From Octopus sinensis (Eukaryota), in assembly GCF_006345805.1 (NCBI RefSeq), contig NC_042997.1, positions 146,754,001-146,818,000 on the forward strand: a stretch of 64,000 nt of DNA, in the 5' to 3' direction. Positions 1-14,170 of the stretch are shown piece after piece. The position numbers and the translations under genes were made by a program. The notes beneath the pieces are model-generated. The model did no database searches. It saw nothing but the letters and a program-made list of their open reading frames with translations, and was not told the DNA's origin. The first letter of the stretch is position 1. Each line of letters begins with the position of its first letter.

Positions 1-18
1 TAACTTAGAGTTAAACTA

Positions 19-490
19 CAGTGATCCCTCGCTACTTCGCTGTTCAACTACCGCGTATTCACAACTTCGCGGATTTTTAAAATATATATATATATTTATG
101 AACGCCTAAAATTTTTCATTAAATCCATTAAAATATTAATAATAAATATTATTTCCTAGTCTAGGAACAACAAAACAAGCGTAAAATAGCAAAAAAGCAT
201 ATACAGGGGTATTTGAACTTAAGACGGGCTGTGATTGGTGCAATGGAGAGAGACGACGAATCTCAGTTTTCTATTTTGTAATCTAGCCTGTGTAACAGTA
301 GCAATCTTTATTTTTTTTAATCTAAAATGTTATTGCTTAACAGTTGTCCTTGTTATTAATAGACTACTGTAATGGGTGGGTTGTTAACAGTACAGGAAGG
401 GTTTTAAAACTCCAAATACATGTTAAATAAATACTGTAAATATGGTGTCCCTACTTTGCGGAAATCCTGTTATTGCGGCCGAAAACAGTG
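19..490. mobile_element. Tigger/pogo-family non-autonomous element (MITE-like), right end eroded
   Basis: TA followed by the TIR CAGTGATCCCTCGC..TTCGCGGATTTTT at 19. Subterminal motif GTGTCCCTACTTTGCGGAAAT at ~445-470. Same architecture as the element at 16786-18056, in the opposite orientation. Confidence 0.6.
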
Positions 491-555
491 CGGAAAGCAA
501 TATGTATGTGTGTACATGTATGATATATATGTATGCGTGCGAGTGTGTGCGTGCA

Positions 556-635
<80 letters not shown>

Positions 636-679
636 TATACTCACATGCACGCATGTGTACGCTTGTATGCGTTTGTGTG

Positions 680-1351
680 TGTGCGTGTGTATTCGTGTAA
701 ATGGGTACAAATATCTTGCGGTGTATGAATCTATCAAGGGAGATAACTAGCTAAAGAGAAGTAACCCTCTATAGAAACGTAGCTACATTAAACCATTCTA
801 TAAATAGACATCGAAAAAGTTAATATTAGATTACATATTAGGGTTCGACTAAATGTCTAGAATCCTTCAAAGTAGTTCTCCAGGTAGATGCAGACTACAA
901 CCAGCGAAAGGAAAAGAAGAAATCGAAGACGTATTAAATAGCATTATGGCTAGTTTTCTGAAGTATGAAACAAAGGTGGAGCTCAAAGTTTTCAAGTTGA
1001 TACGTGTAGACAGAACAATGTAGTAAATATTCTGTCAACTGATATAAACATTATTAATGTTCACAGTAATATATGAAAAAAATGTATAACGCATCCAATA
1101 GTTATAAGATAAAATGTAGAAATAGTATACATTGACACAGATATAAAGTACAAGTTCTTCTGAATTAGCGAAGTCATACGAAACCATTCGACGAAACCAT
1201 TAACAATAGTTCGTCGGTTATTATAAATGGTTTGCAAAAGTTTTTGCAAAGTTTATTTGTCGGGAGCCAATCTACACACTAGATAACAGAACATAGAAAC
1301 AAGTACTCGTGTGTATGAGTATGTTGTGTGTGTATATGCATACAATCATAT

Positions 1352-1401
<50 letters not shown>

Positions 1402-2536
1402 TATATATATATATATATGTGGTGGTAGTGTGTGTGTGTATACTATTATATATTTCAAAAAATCAAAAGAAATGCTTTGATAATTTTTTCATCTTAATAT
1501 TTGATGTTTATAAGTTACAAAAGGTGACTCTGATAGGAGTTCTCACTTAAAAGCGGTTTCAAACTGCTATTTTAGAGTTGTTATTCCCTGTTTAAATATG
1601 GAGTGTTAATACAACCTTGACACATTCAAACACCAACACACACTACGTATGTATCAGTTTGTAAACTTATGAACATCTAATTATTAAAATGGAGAATATT
1701 ATTAGAATAGCCATTCTATTCATTTTTTACAAGTATTATATTGCACATATATAAATAGGAATGTAGGTATATGTATATGTGTATATATACCAATATATTA
1801 TATGTATATATATGTGTGTGTGTGTGTGTGTGTTGTGTGTGTGTGTGGTGTGTGTGTGCGTGTGTATTCGTGTAAATGGGTACAAATATCTTGCGGTGTA
1901 TGAATCTATCAAGGGAGATAACTAGCTAAAGAGAAGTAACCCTCTATAGAAACGTAGCTACATTAAACCATTCTATAAATAGACATCGATAAAAGTTAAT
2001 ATTAGATTACATATTAGGGTTCGACTATAATTGTCTAGAATCCTTCAAAGTAGTTCTCCAGGTAGATGCAGACTACAACCAGCGAAAGGAAAAGAAGAAA
2101 TCGAAGACGTATTAAATAGCATTATGGCTAGTTTTCTGAAGTATGAAACAAAGGTGGAGCTCAAAAGTTTCAAGTTTGATACGTGTAGACAGAACAATGT
2201 AGTAAATATTCTGTCAACTGATATAAACATTATTAATTTTCACAGTAATATATGAAAAAAATGTATAACGCATCCAATAGTTATAAGATAAAATGTAGAA
2301 ATAGTATTACATTGACACAAGATATAAAGTACAAGTTTCTTATGATTTAGCGAAGTCATACGAAACCATTTACGAAACCATTAACAATAGTTCGTCGGTT
2401 ATTATAAAATGGTTGCAAAAGTTTTTGCAAAGTTTATTTGTCGGGAGCCAATCTTACACACTAGATAACAGAACATAGAAACAAGTACTCGTGTGTATGA
2501 GTATGTTGTGTGTGTATATGCATACAATCATATACG

Positions 2537-2613
<77 letters not shown>

Positions 2614-2993
2614 ATACTATATATATTTCAAAAAATCAAAAGAAATGGCTTTCTGATAATTTTTTCATCTTAATATTTTGATGTTTATAAGTTTACAAAA
2701 GGTGACTCTGATAGGAGTTTCTCACTTAAAAGCGGTTTTCAAACTGCTATTTTAGAGTTTGTTATTCCCTGTTTAAATATGGAGTGTTTAATTACAAACA
2801 TTGACACATTCAAACACCAACACACACATACGTATGTATCAGTTTGTAAACTTATGAACATCTAATTATTAAAATGGAGAAATTATTAGAATAGCCATTT
2901 CTATTCATTTTTTTACAAGTATTATATTGCACCATATATATAAATAGGAATGTATGTATATGTATATGTGTTATATACCAATATATATATATG

Positions 2994-3049
<56 letters not shown>

Positions 3050-3054
3050 TGTGC

Positions 3055-3060
<6 letters not shown>
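680..3060. repeat. Tandem duplication of a ~1.18 kb unit (680-1855 / 1856-3060), probably an assembly false duplication
   Basis: GTGTATTCGTGTAAATGGGTACAAATATCTTGCG recurs at ~686 and ~1862. The copies are near-identical and differ mainly by 1-bp homopolymer indels. Confidence 0.9.
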
Positions 3061-3131
<71 letters not shown>

Positions 3132-3134
3132 GGG

Positions 3135-4932
3135 CATGTCGTGCAAAGCTTTCTTGGTGGGTTTGAGGAACATTGTTGATGGGAAGTTGCTGTCATTGTT
3201 TCTTTCTGGTGTTGAGTAGAGTCTTGTGTAATCTACATGGCAGTAGTGATGGCATTTTTAAATTGGAGCGACCGAACCATATAGGGATCCCATGCTTCCG
3301 CGTTCCCTTGCAATTCCTTTGCTGTCCTTAAAAGTTCGGACATGCGATTGCCAGACCCACTTCCTCCGCTTCTTCCTCTGGATCTGGCGCTTTCTCCCCA
3401 CCCCTTCACTGGCAAATTTCTTTAACTCCAACAAATCTTCGTCTGTCAGGGTTTCAGAGTGGGGCATCGATGAGGTCGTTGACCTCATCTTGTGTGATGT
3501 CGTCAAAGCATTCGCCACCAAGTACCTTTGCCAGTTTCACCGCATTGTTGACAGCCTGGTGCTGAATTTCTTCAGGTGAGAAGCCCTCGTAGTCCTGGAC
3601 ACACTCTGGTCACACTTTCTTTCAGCGTGCGATGAGGGTTTCTTTTTTCATGTCTATAAGAGCGGCATAGATGACTGACAGGCACGTTGCGATCGTGATA
3701 TTACGCCAGTACTCATTTAACTTGAAATTCTCGTTCGAATCTATTGCGTCCGCAAGGTATTGGAGAGAGTTCCGAGTGTAAAGTACCTTGAAGGCACGAA
3801 TCACGCCTTGATCTATAAGTTGGATGAGGGAGGTGGTGTTGGTAGGGAGGAAATGGACTTGGACTCCCTTGTGATTCAAATCCAAAGAGTGACCACCAGC
3901 ATTATCCAAAACACGCAACACCTTGAATTCTGTGCAAACACTTTGGAGACATTCCTTGGCTTGAGTAATGAAGCATTGGTGGAGCCAATTCAGAGTTAGG
4001 CTTTTGATAATCCAGGCCTTGAGGTTGTGCATCCGGTGGGCAGGAAGCAGAATTTTATTCTTATTTCTGAAGGCCCACGGGCTCGCGGACTTGTAGATAA
4101 GTCCTGGTTTCATTATGAAGCCAACATCATTGCCACAAGTAATTAGCATCACTCTGTCCATCAGTGCCTTAAATGCTGGGGCTCTGGTTTCGTCCTTTAT
4201 GATGAACGTTCTGGAAGGCATCTTCTTCCAGAACAAGCCAGTTGAGTCCATACTGAAAACCAGTTCCGGCTTGTATCTCTTGTCCTCGATGATCTACCTG
4301 AAAGTCTCGAGGTACTTCTCGTGGCTTTTTTGTAGGCTGCTGCAGTCTCTCCATGCAGGGAAACACACTTTATTTTAAAACGTTTATGGAAAGGGTCAAA
4401 CCATCCCTTGCTGGTTTGAAATGTTTTAGGGATCCGGTGTTGTCAATGGTCTTGGTTGCGGTTCTTCGGTGCCTTCTGCACCGTCTCCTCTGTCGAGCTG
4501 CCGGTATGATTTATGAGACTATATTGGCTCGCGACCTTAAAAATTATCCTGTTGAAATAAACATTGTGTGTGATCAAATGTAGCGATGATTTTCATAAAA
4601 GAGTTGATAGTCGTTATACTAATTAGCAAGCTTTAATTGAAAGCGGGAATAAGAGATAGAAGATACAGTGTACTTGTATCTAAAAGAATAAAGCGACGTG
4701 ATTCTAATCAGCTGCGAAGGGGCGTCCAGTAAACCGGCAAATACGGTATATTATCATCAATAGTTTAGCCTTAAAAAGTGTGAGAAAATACATATTGCCA
4801 CGAAAAATGCCATAAAAATCGCGGTCAATATTTACGATTCCGCGAATACACGGTGGTTTCCGTGAACAATTACTAATTCCTTGAATATCTACGACCGCGA
4901 ATGCCGAACAGCGAATAAACGGGGGTACGCTG
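3135..4932 (-). mobile_element. Degenerate Tigger/pogo DNA transposon with DDE_1 transposase pseudogene
   Basis: ORF 3622-4251(-) has MDSTGLFWKKMPSRTFI, LDNAGGH and FLPTNTTSLIQLIDQGVIRAFK (pogo DDE_1 motifs). C-terminal fragment SHSETLTDEDL-type at 3258-3521. TIR ...GGGGGTACGCTG plus TA at 4932-4934. Confidence 0.9.
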
Positions 4933-5279
4933 TATTATTATTATTATTATTATTTTATTATTATTATTATTATTATTATTATCGTCGTCGTTGTTGTTGT
5001 TGTTTTAATTCTCAGAACGCTCGATCTTGTTTGTTCTATGAGAGCGGACAGCATCCTGTTGTCAGAGGTCTCACAAGGTCTCTTTCCGCATATTATAAGC
5101 ATTGATACTTGTTGTTAATTAATTATCATTGTTTTATTATTATTATTATTATTATTGTTATTATTATTATTATTATTTTATTATTATTATTATTATTATT
5201 ATTATCATGACGATTATAGAGAAACTAGATGCTGAGTAGCCGCTGTGTATTAATGATATAATTGGCCTACAGAATGCGC

Positions 5280-5563
5280 ATGTTTCCAGAGGTGAATTAT
5301 TCAAATCCCAAAGAATTCCTCTCAAAGCATGGCTATGAGGCTTCCCCACTACTCCTGCTACTCAGAGATCAACATATCATCAGCCACTAAGAGACATGCT
5401 CAACTGATGAAGATCAAACAACTGACAAGCAAATCTGTGGTATTGAGCAGAATAGTTTCTGTAGCCCATTTTCTTACACCAAGACAAAACATGTACATGA
5501 TAGCACTTCCAATCAGTTTAGATCAAATGCTATGAGTGTCACTGCCTGGTATTGCATCAGAGC
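5280..5563 (-). mobile_element. Partial copy of the (AAT)n-associated non-coding element (family at 40966-41518)
   Basis: Reverse complement of ~40966-41250 (e.g. CAAATCTGTGGTATTGAGCAGAAT). Confidence 0.75.
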
Positions 5564-5571
5564 AAACGGAT

Positions 5572-5966
5572 ACTATTTTACTTGTTTTCAGTCATTTTAC
5601 TGTGGCCATGCTGGAGCACCGCCTTTAGTCGATCGAGCAAATCGACCCCAGGACATATTCTTTGTAAGCCTAGTACTTATTCTATTGGTCTATTTTCCCG
5701 AACCGCTAAGTTACGGGGACGTAAACACACCACCATTGGTTGTCAAGCGATGTTGGGGAGACAAACACAGACACACATATATACATATATATAAACATAT
5801 ATACGACGAGCTTCTTTCAGTCTCCGTCTACCAGATCCACTCACAAGGCTTTGGTCGCTCTGAGGTTATAGTAGAAGACACTTGCCCAAGGTGCCACGCA
5901 GTGGGACTGAACCCGGAACCATGTTGTTGGTAAACAAGCTACTTACCACACAGCCACTCCTACGCC
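5572..5966 (-). mobile_element. tRNA-derived CORE-type SINE (family A)
   Basis: Pol III A/B box head GGCGTAGGAGTGGCTGTGTGGTAAG..GGTTCAGTCCC, CORE-like GGCACCTTGGGCAAGTGTCTT and tail GGCGGTGCTCCAGCATGGCC. About 15 copies in the window. Confidence 0.85.
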
Positions 5967-6854
5967 TTTGTATATAAAACTCCGAGAATTACTTGAGGTT
6001 GTTGAGATATTTGAACGTCTACCGCATCACATGATGTAAACACAATATCTGTTTTGAACACGTTAAATTTTTCCATAATTTTATTTTGTTTATAGTGATT
6101 TTTACTATGATTTCTTCTATTAGAAGAGCAACAAGAGATAGCAGCAAGGAAGGAAGTTGCATTGAATTGATTCTTTGGAGCAAAACAAAAACTATCTTCT
6201 AATACACGAAAAGAAATTAAGAAATAGATAAAAGGAATATTTGACGACATATAGATACACTCTTAAATACAATGACAATGCATAAACCGAAAACGTAAAT
6301 AGGTACTTAGACCTTCTCAGGGCCGCAGCACAACTTACAGCAGTGCTAGAAACCAGAGAAACCAATCCCACCTAAGGTGTACTAAAACGGACAGTAGATG
6401 GACATCCGGTAGTTATGACTCGAATATAGCCCGACCCCACTACAATGTCAGGAGTTAAGGGCCGAAACATTTGCTTAAAGCGGGTTTCTCCTCTGAGGAC
6501 GACCTGCTGGTACCCTTTCCCCGAGTTTCTTTCCACTTTTCTTCCAACTTTATTATTTATTTTTTGTTGCGTTTGTTGCTAATGTTTCTTGTTGCTATAC
6601 ACTCATATATACGTTCATAAATACACTCGTATATGTATCTATCTAATATAGATGAAGACGACAAAGAGTTATAACCTCGCCTATAAGAACCAAGTCTCTC
6701 ATCTGCAGTAAACAACAAAGCAACATTGTTACTTCAACCACACAGATTAGAATTCTTAATAAGCTAAGACTTTTCATACTAGTAGACAGTTAACGAGGGA
6801 CTCAATGCATACATTATCAAGGTATTTAGCTATTTGTATGTGTGTGTGTATTAC

Positions 6855-6911
<57 letters not shown>

Positions 6912-7120
6912 ATTCAATCTATCTATCAATCTATCTGTATGTAAAATTAGTGTACGACTATTTTATACATGCTAGTCACTGGTAGAAAAATTTCTATAAT
7001 GTTCCTACCGTTTATATTTCTTATTATATATATATATACACACATATATATATATGCATGTATGTATGTATGTATGTATGTATGTATGCATTTATGTATA
7101 TATGTATGTAATATATATAT

Positions 7121-7164
<44 letters not shown>

Positions 7165-7190
7165 TGTATGTATGTATGTATGTATATCTG

Positions 7191-7248
<58 letters not shown>

Positions 7249-7362
7249 ATATATATATATATATATATATATGGCAAGGCAACAAAGAATGAAAGCGACC
7301 TCGATATTATGTAAACAGAGGAATTTATCTGTAAATATATGTGACAATTATTCGGTAGCCAT

Positions 7363-7423
7363 GATAAAACTCCGAGTTTCGGATGTCGGGGCGGAAACCC
7401 ACGCCGGCATTTCTTCAGTTATC
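7363..7423 (-). ncRNA. Type I hammerhead ribozyme motif (left arm)
   Basis: Minus strand reads GATAA-CTGAAGA-AATG..CATC-CGAAAC-TCGGA-GTT-TTATC; stem I is GATAA/TTATC. Confidence 0.65.
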
Positions 7424-8234
7424 GGGCCATCGAAAAAATGCTATGAAAATGACCGTTAAAACAAAGGAAAATTACTGTGTGATTGACCGTTTTTAAGACA
7501 AAAGAGCAATTAGAATGACCACTAAGTAAGGGGAGGGAGTAAAGGTAAGGAGTAAAAATGTTCATAGTAATCGCATAAGCGCGCATGACCATACATACAC
7601 ATGCGTACATGCACCTATATGTATATACTCATCCAATTTCTTTATTAGCCACATGGGCCCAAACATAGAGGGGGACAATACAGCCTGATTGGGGTCAGAC
7701 ACACAATGATTATATGACTTTTAAAATTTTACAAAATATAATGAAATCGAATGAAATCGAATGAGATACAACAAGGACGAAATACAAACATGAGATGAAG
7801 AGAGGGTGGATGAGTATATATGTATATACTCATCCACCCTCACTTGAAACACGCATGCTCACCCACACATTCGCAAAAAATATATACATACCCGCATACA
7901 CGCTTGCATGTGTGTGTGTGCGCGCGCGTGTGTGTGTGCGAGCGTGTATGTGGGTGTATATATATTTTTTGGCGAATGTGTGGGTAAGCATATGTGTTTC
8001 AATTGAGGGTAGATGTGTATATACATATAGGCGCATGTACGTCGGTGTGCGGGCGCGCATGTGTATGTATGAACTTGCGCGCTTACGCGATTACTATGTA
8101 CTTTTTTACCCCTTACCTTTACTCTCCCCCTTACTTAACGGTCATTCTAATAGCTCTTTTGTCTTAACGGTCAATCACACAGTAATTTTCCTTTGTTTTA
8201 ACGGTCATTTTCGTAGTATTTTTTTCGATGGCCC

Positions 8235-8295
8235 GATAACTGAAGAGATGGTGGCGTGGGTTTCCGCCCCGACATCCGAAACTCGAAGTTTTATC
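8235..8295 (+). ncRNA. Type I hammerhead ribozyme motif (right arm)
   Basis: GATAA-CTGAAGA-GATG..GGCG..CGCC..CATC-CGAAAC-TCGAA-GTT-TTATC. Intact CUGANGA/GAAA core, GUU triplet, perfect 5-bp stem I. Confidence 0.7.
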
Positions 8296-8900
8296 ATGGC
8301 TACCGAATAATTGTTACATATTATATTTACAGATATACATACATACATATAATTATTAAAATTATAATAAGTTAGTAAAAAATACATATAATTATTAAAA
8401 TTATAATAAATTAGTAAAAAATCCAGTAATTTTTTACTAGTTTCATGTTTTCTCTTTGTCTTTTCTCCATATTGCTATATGAAAATTTAAGGTGGTTTTA
8501 GAGTCGGTTCATGGCTGTTATTTTCAGCATGGTGGTATCTCGTAGATACCCTAATTTATTATAATCATAATAATTATTGCCTTTGATGGGGTTTTTTTTT
8601 CATACTGACCACTTGATAAGTTCGTTATTTTATTTTAAATTAACAACCTTATCCTTATTTATATAAATTTATATATATATATATATGGATATACACTCGG
8701 TAAAATATTTATAATCCAGCGAAGCGAATCCAGAATTTACCCACCAGATGAAATACAATGGGACTGCTTACCTTAAGTAACCCTAGGTGCTTCCTACAAC
8801 TCGATTCGGTAAACCATAACCCGGATTATAACCGAGTGCTCGTACGGTACCCGTCTGGATACTTTATCTCTATTCATTATATTGTGTGTGTGTGTGTGTG

Positions 8901-8950
<50 letters not shown>

Positions 8951-9807
8951 ATATATATATAAAATATTCAAAGCTCCGAAAAATTATATGGGAAATCAAA
9001 TGTAGGTGAGTTTATCCTTTTAATGTGTATTTTATTTCCCTTTACTCTTCAATTGGCATTTCTTTTATACTCATTAATTAATTATCTTTTCGTGCCTTCT
9101 AAATGAATAAATTCATAATAGTTCTTTTCTAACATCCCGCGTGTGATTTGTAAGAATATTAATTGTTTGCTTAGGTTCGTTAACAGCATGGTGCTTTGGT
9201 CATTTTAATCTTGAAGAGATTTGTCAGTAACAGATATGTGAATCGTACTATTAGTAATGGCATTTCAAAATATTCACTGAATTTGCTTTTTAATTCTTAG
9301 CTCACGTAAACCTGTATATATATATTTTTTTTTTTATATTAAGGATGATTAGCATGTAATTTACATAGTTATATGATATAAATTTCCGACAGTAGACTTT
9401 TGACGTACGTATAGAAAGACAGAGTTCAGTTTACAGGAGATATTTCGCAACGAAGCGATGAGGTATCTTAAAATTATAAACTGACTTTACTGCTTTAATA
9501 ACATCCAATATGCAGCAAACATGAACAAGTACTATCTTGACCCATCTCGTTATTTCTAAACAGCATATTAATATCTGCATAGATAATTAGTCTCATATAC
9601 ATACATACAAACATGTATGTATGTGTATATATATATATACATACATTGGTTTCAAATTTTGGTACAAAGCCAGTAATTTTGAGGAGGGATTTAGTCGATT
9701 ACATCGACCCCAAAAGGATGGACGGCATAGACGACGTCAGTGGAATTTGAACTTAGAACATAAAGACAGACAAAATGCCACGTGCTAACGATTCTGCCAG
9801 CTCACCT

Positions 9808-9856
<49 letters not shown>

Positions 9857-9911
9857 TATACATATATACATATATATATATGCATATATATATGTATGTA
9901 TAAAAACAACA

Positions 9912-10009
<98 letters not shown>

Positions 10010-10129
10010 GATGAGTGTATTTTTACCTTGTTAACAATTAACACGGAAAATATATATATACGACCATTTATATATGCATATATACGCGCGTGCACGAGCG
10101 CATATAACTGACACTCTGACGGTTAGACG

Positions 10130-10420
10130 ACGAGCGTTCTAGTTGATCCGATCAACGGAACAGCCTGCTCGTGAGAGTGACGTGCATGTATGTGGCTCAG
10201 CACGCTACAGACACGCGTACCCTTAACGTACTTCTCAAGAAGATTCAGCGTAACACAGAACGTGACAAGGCTGGTCCTTTAAAATACAGATACAACTCCT
10301 TTTTGCCATCTGAGTAGAATGGAGCAACGTGAAATAAAGCGTCTTGTTCAAGAATACAACACGTCGTCAGGAATCGATTGTGAGTCGAATACCCGAACCA
10401 CTACATCACGCGCCTCCACA
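10130..10420 (-). mobile_element. Second CORE-type tRNA SINE (family E)
   Basis: GGAGCAACGTGAAATAAAGCGTCTTGTTCAAGAATACAAC..GGAATCGA. Related fragments at ~18240-18360, 50100-50290 and 51040-51150. Confidence 0.6.
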
Positions 10421-10486
10421 TATATATTTATGTGAATATATCTGAAATATATTAGGTGTACACGATATACATATAAATATATATAC

Positions 10487-10830
10487 AGGTTGGCTGAGGA
10501 CGATAACATTTGGTTTAATGGTGGAAAATTCCAAGCCCTGAGCAACCAAACAACCAAAACACGAAGCTGAATGAAAATCAAACAGGATACACTGGCCCAG
10601 AAGGGATTGCATTCCCAGAATCAAAATCAGTACACGATCTGGGCATTGACATGAGTAATGATGCAACTTTTCCAGGTGCATAGTACTAAATCGGCAATAA
10701 AATGCAGACGGATCGCCGGATGGATCTTTAGAACTTCAAAACGAGAGAACATGAAACCACGATGGTCCTTTGAAGAAGATTTGTCCTCAGCCATTTTGAT
10801 TACTGCTCCCAACTATGGTCACCACAGAGA
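10487..10830 (+). pseudogene. CR1/L2-group LINE reverse-transcriptase C-terminal fragment
   Basis: Across frameshifts it reads FNGGKFQAL..VHDLGIDMSNDATF..CRRIAGWIFRT..VLSHFDYCSQLWSP. Confidence 0.7.
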
Positions 10831-11824
10831 GTAAAATTACAGCGAAGCTACACATAGAAGATTTCTCAATGTCACGTGTCAGCTACTGGGAGAGACTGAA
10901 AAAGTTAAGAGCGTAGGCTGGAAAGATATGTAGAGATATACATCTGGAAAATTCTAGAACTTGTATCAGACTTTGATATTGAAAGTTACACAAACAATAG
11001 GACGTGGAGCCACTGCATAGCACCAAAAATCCCAACATTGCCATCGGGATATATTATAAATGATTTATGTATATATGAATCAGAATTTCAGGTATTTCCT
11101 GAACATAATGGATCACCTAGGACTGTGCGGACCAGTGTCTGAGGTGGGATTATATATATTGCCCGCGACTCAATGAAGGATACTACTCTTCACAGCTTTT
11201 GAACCTACCAACTCCAGCCAAGGCCGCGACCGACCATCGAATATAACCCTTGCGGACTACTATTCCACCAAAAATCGGTTTTGCCCGCCATCAGGGTTAA
11301 TAAGGGTTACGGACATAAATGAGTATAAAGAAATACTGGAAAACGAGGAAGAGCCATGAATATATACCTATGACATATATTTATGAATATAGGCGAAGGC
11401 ATGGATTGGCTGTTAAGAAGCTCGCTTTGCAACCACACGTTTTTGGTTTGGTCCTTCTGCGTGGCACCTTGAGCAAGTGTCTTCTACTACAGCCTACCGG
11501 TTCGACAAAAGACAGCGATAAAATAAATACCAGACGTGATGTGAGTATTGCAGTTAATTTGTTCGACTTCAAGCATGGCCACGCTCCAGTGACTGAAACA
11601 AATAATGTGCGTGTGTGTGTGTATGTTCATCCGTACACGCACATACATATATGAATACATATGTGTGTATGCATGTGTGTGTGTGTGTGTGTGTGTGCGT
11701 GTGTGTATGTATAAATTGTATTATATATATATGAAAATACATTCAGATGTGTGTAGGTGCAACTAAGTATGTAAAGTATCAATTTATATATACATATGTA
11801 CATTCACACACACACACGCACATA

Positions 11825-13040
11825 TTAGATTGTCCAGAAAGTTCTGAGCGTTTTTAAGCTAAATTTTTTAACGCTTCATTGAACACACCTGAAACGTAAC
11901 ACAGTTAAAACTTTGGCGTTGCTTGAAATAGTAGCGCATCTCTTCTTTGTTCCTAACTAAAAATAGATTTATCTTTCATTCCGGTTACCCTTTATTGACA
12001 TTTGAAATGGATAACCAAAACTTTCATATTCTCGTTGTAATGCTTTTCTTTTTTTAAAAAAAAAAAAAGAAAATGTTGCTAAGACTTACAAAAACATTTG
12101 TGAGGTTTATGGTGATGATGCTGGAGGTGAATCAACTGTTCAAAGGTGGTTTGCAAAACTTAAGGCTGGAGAGTTTAGCTTGGAAGATGACAGTCGCAGT
12201 AAAAGACCTTCAAAATTGGATGAAGATGTTTTGGAGGCAAAAATCGAAGAAAACTCAAATATCACAACTAGAGAACTTGCAGAGGAGTTGGAAGTTTCTA
12301 AAAGCACGGCTCATGAACACCTAGTGAGGCTACGATATATTTCTTGCTATATTGTATGGGTCCCTCACAAACTCTCAGAAAAGAATTGCTTAGACCAATA
12401 TTCCGTTTGTGATATGCTTTTGAAATGTAATTAAAGCATACCTTTTTTAAACAACTTGTGACTGGAGATGAAAAATGGATTGTGCACGAAAACTTATTGC
12501 GAAAAAGATCCTTGAGTTTGCGTAGGGATCCCCCAAATCAGCAATCAAAGACGAATATCCATTCCAAAAGAGCTATGTTTCATGTTTGGTGGGATCATAG
12601 AGGCATTATTTATTATGAGCTTCTCTCACAAAATGAGACTATTAATTTTGATGTTTACCATCGTCAGCTGGCTAATTTGAACCAAAAATTCAAAGAATTA
12701 AGACCGGAGATTGCCAGCAGGAAAGGGGAGTGTTCCAACAAGACAATACATAACCATATGTACTCTTGGCTACTCGAACAAAGTTACATGAACTTGGCTT
12801 GGATCTCTTATCCCATCCACCATATTCTCCTGATATTACGGCATCCGACTACCACTTGTTTTTGTCTCTACAGAATTCATTGCTAGGAAAAACATCTAAC
12901 GATTTAGATAAAGTCAAAATGCATCTAGATAGCTTTTTTTCTTCAAAACCAATCAAATTTTATGCTGATGGAATATTTAACTTGCCTGACTGATGGGCAA
13001 AGGTCATTGATAATAATGGAAATTATTTCATTCACTACGA
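11825..13040 (+). mobile_element. mariner (DD34D) transposon, disrupted transposase pseudogene, 3' TIR missing
   Basis: TA plus TIR TTAGATTGTCCAGAAAGTT; ATG at 12007; WVPHKL, TGDEKW and HPPYSPDITASDYHLF motifs; several stops and frameshifts. Confidence 0.93.
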
Positions 13041-13299
13041 GCAGGAAGAACATGAAAAGGAGGCAAATGCGACATTGTATATGTGCTTATCTACATATGC
13101 TTCTAAGTTTGGTAAATACATTACATTAAAAACGATAAAAATGATTCAAAATTCAAATTAGCCAATTCGCTCCTAATCCGAGAGCCTAAGAAGCTGAAAT
13201 GTGTTTTTCTCTAACTAAATAAGCGGTTAAATATTTAGAATTGTTACGCATAGATGCATACATATACGAACTTATATTTATTATATGTGTGTGTGTTAT

Positions 13300-13398
13300 A
13301 TTATATTATATGTGTATTATATGCGTATGTGTGTATATATATATATATAATTATATACAATTATATATGGATATATTTTATATATGTGTATGTATGTG

Positions 13399-13464
<66 letters not shown>

Positions 13465-13606
13465 ACATTCATACTTATAATTATATATATATATATACCA
13501 AATTAGGGAATGGAGTGTGTGTTGTGTCAGTGCGCATGTGCGTATGTGTGTGTGTCAGTGCGCGTGCGCGCATGTGTGTGTGTGTTAAATATATATATAT
13601 TATATG

Positions 13607-13695
<89 letters not shown>

Positions 13696-13716
13696 TATAT
13701 ATATGTATATATATAG

Positions 13717-13772
<56 letters not shown>

Positions 13773-13898
13773 TATAGATATATGTATATATATGTATATA
13801 TATATATATGTATAATATATATATATGTATATATATATATATGTATATATATATATAGTAATATATATTATATGTATATATATAATATGTATATTATA

Positions 13899-13940
<42 letters not shown>

Positions 13941-14062
13941 ATATATTGTATATATATATATGTATATATATATGTAATATATATATTTATATATATATAT
14001 ATTATATATATTATGTATATATAAGATATATATATATATATTATATATGTATCTATATATAT

Positions 14063-14100
<38 letters not shown>

Positions 14101-14116
14101 TATAATTATATATGTC

Positions 14117-14147
<31 letters not shown>

Positions 14148-14170
14148 ATATATATAATATATATATATAT
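13300..14170. repeat. Long degenerate (TA)n microsatellite array
   Basis: Directly visible; source of the spurious YIYI ORFs. Confidence 0.95.

Larger units (their letters stand above)
7326..8335. repeat. ~1 kb fold-back palindrome with a hammerhead motif in each arm (putative inverted PLE pseudo-LTR)
   Basis: 7326-7635 is the reverse complement of ~8010-8335. There is an inner palindrome at 7815-8030. Confidence 0.85.

Noticed and set aside
2031-2255. 74-aa ORF in the duplicated unit
   Set aside because: TTG start, frameshifted in the other copy, and no recognisable homology or clear splice sites.
19-4932. One 4.9-kb Tigger element spanning both TIRs
   Set aside because: The ends at 19 and 4932 look like the same end type, and 19-490 has its own opposite subterminal motif. 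Two separate elements are more likely.
9412-9460. Possible micro-exon KDRVQFTGDISQRSDE (Ig-like)
   Set aside because: Too short, with weak splice sites and no supporting neighbouring exons.
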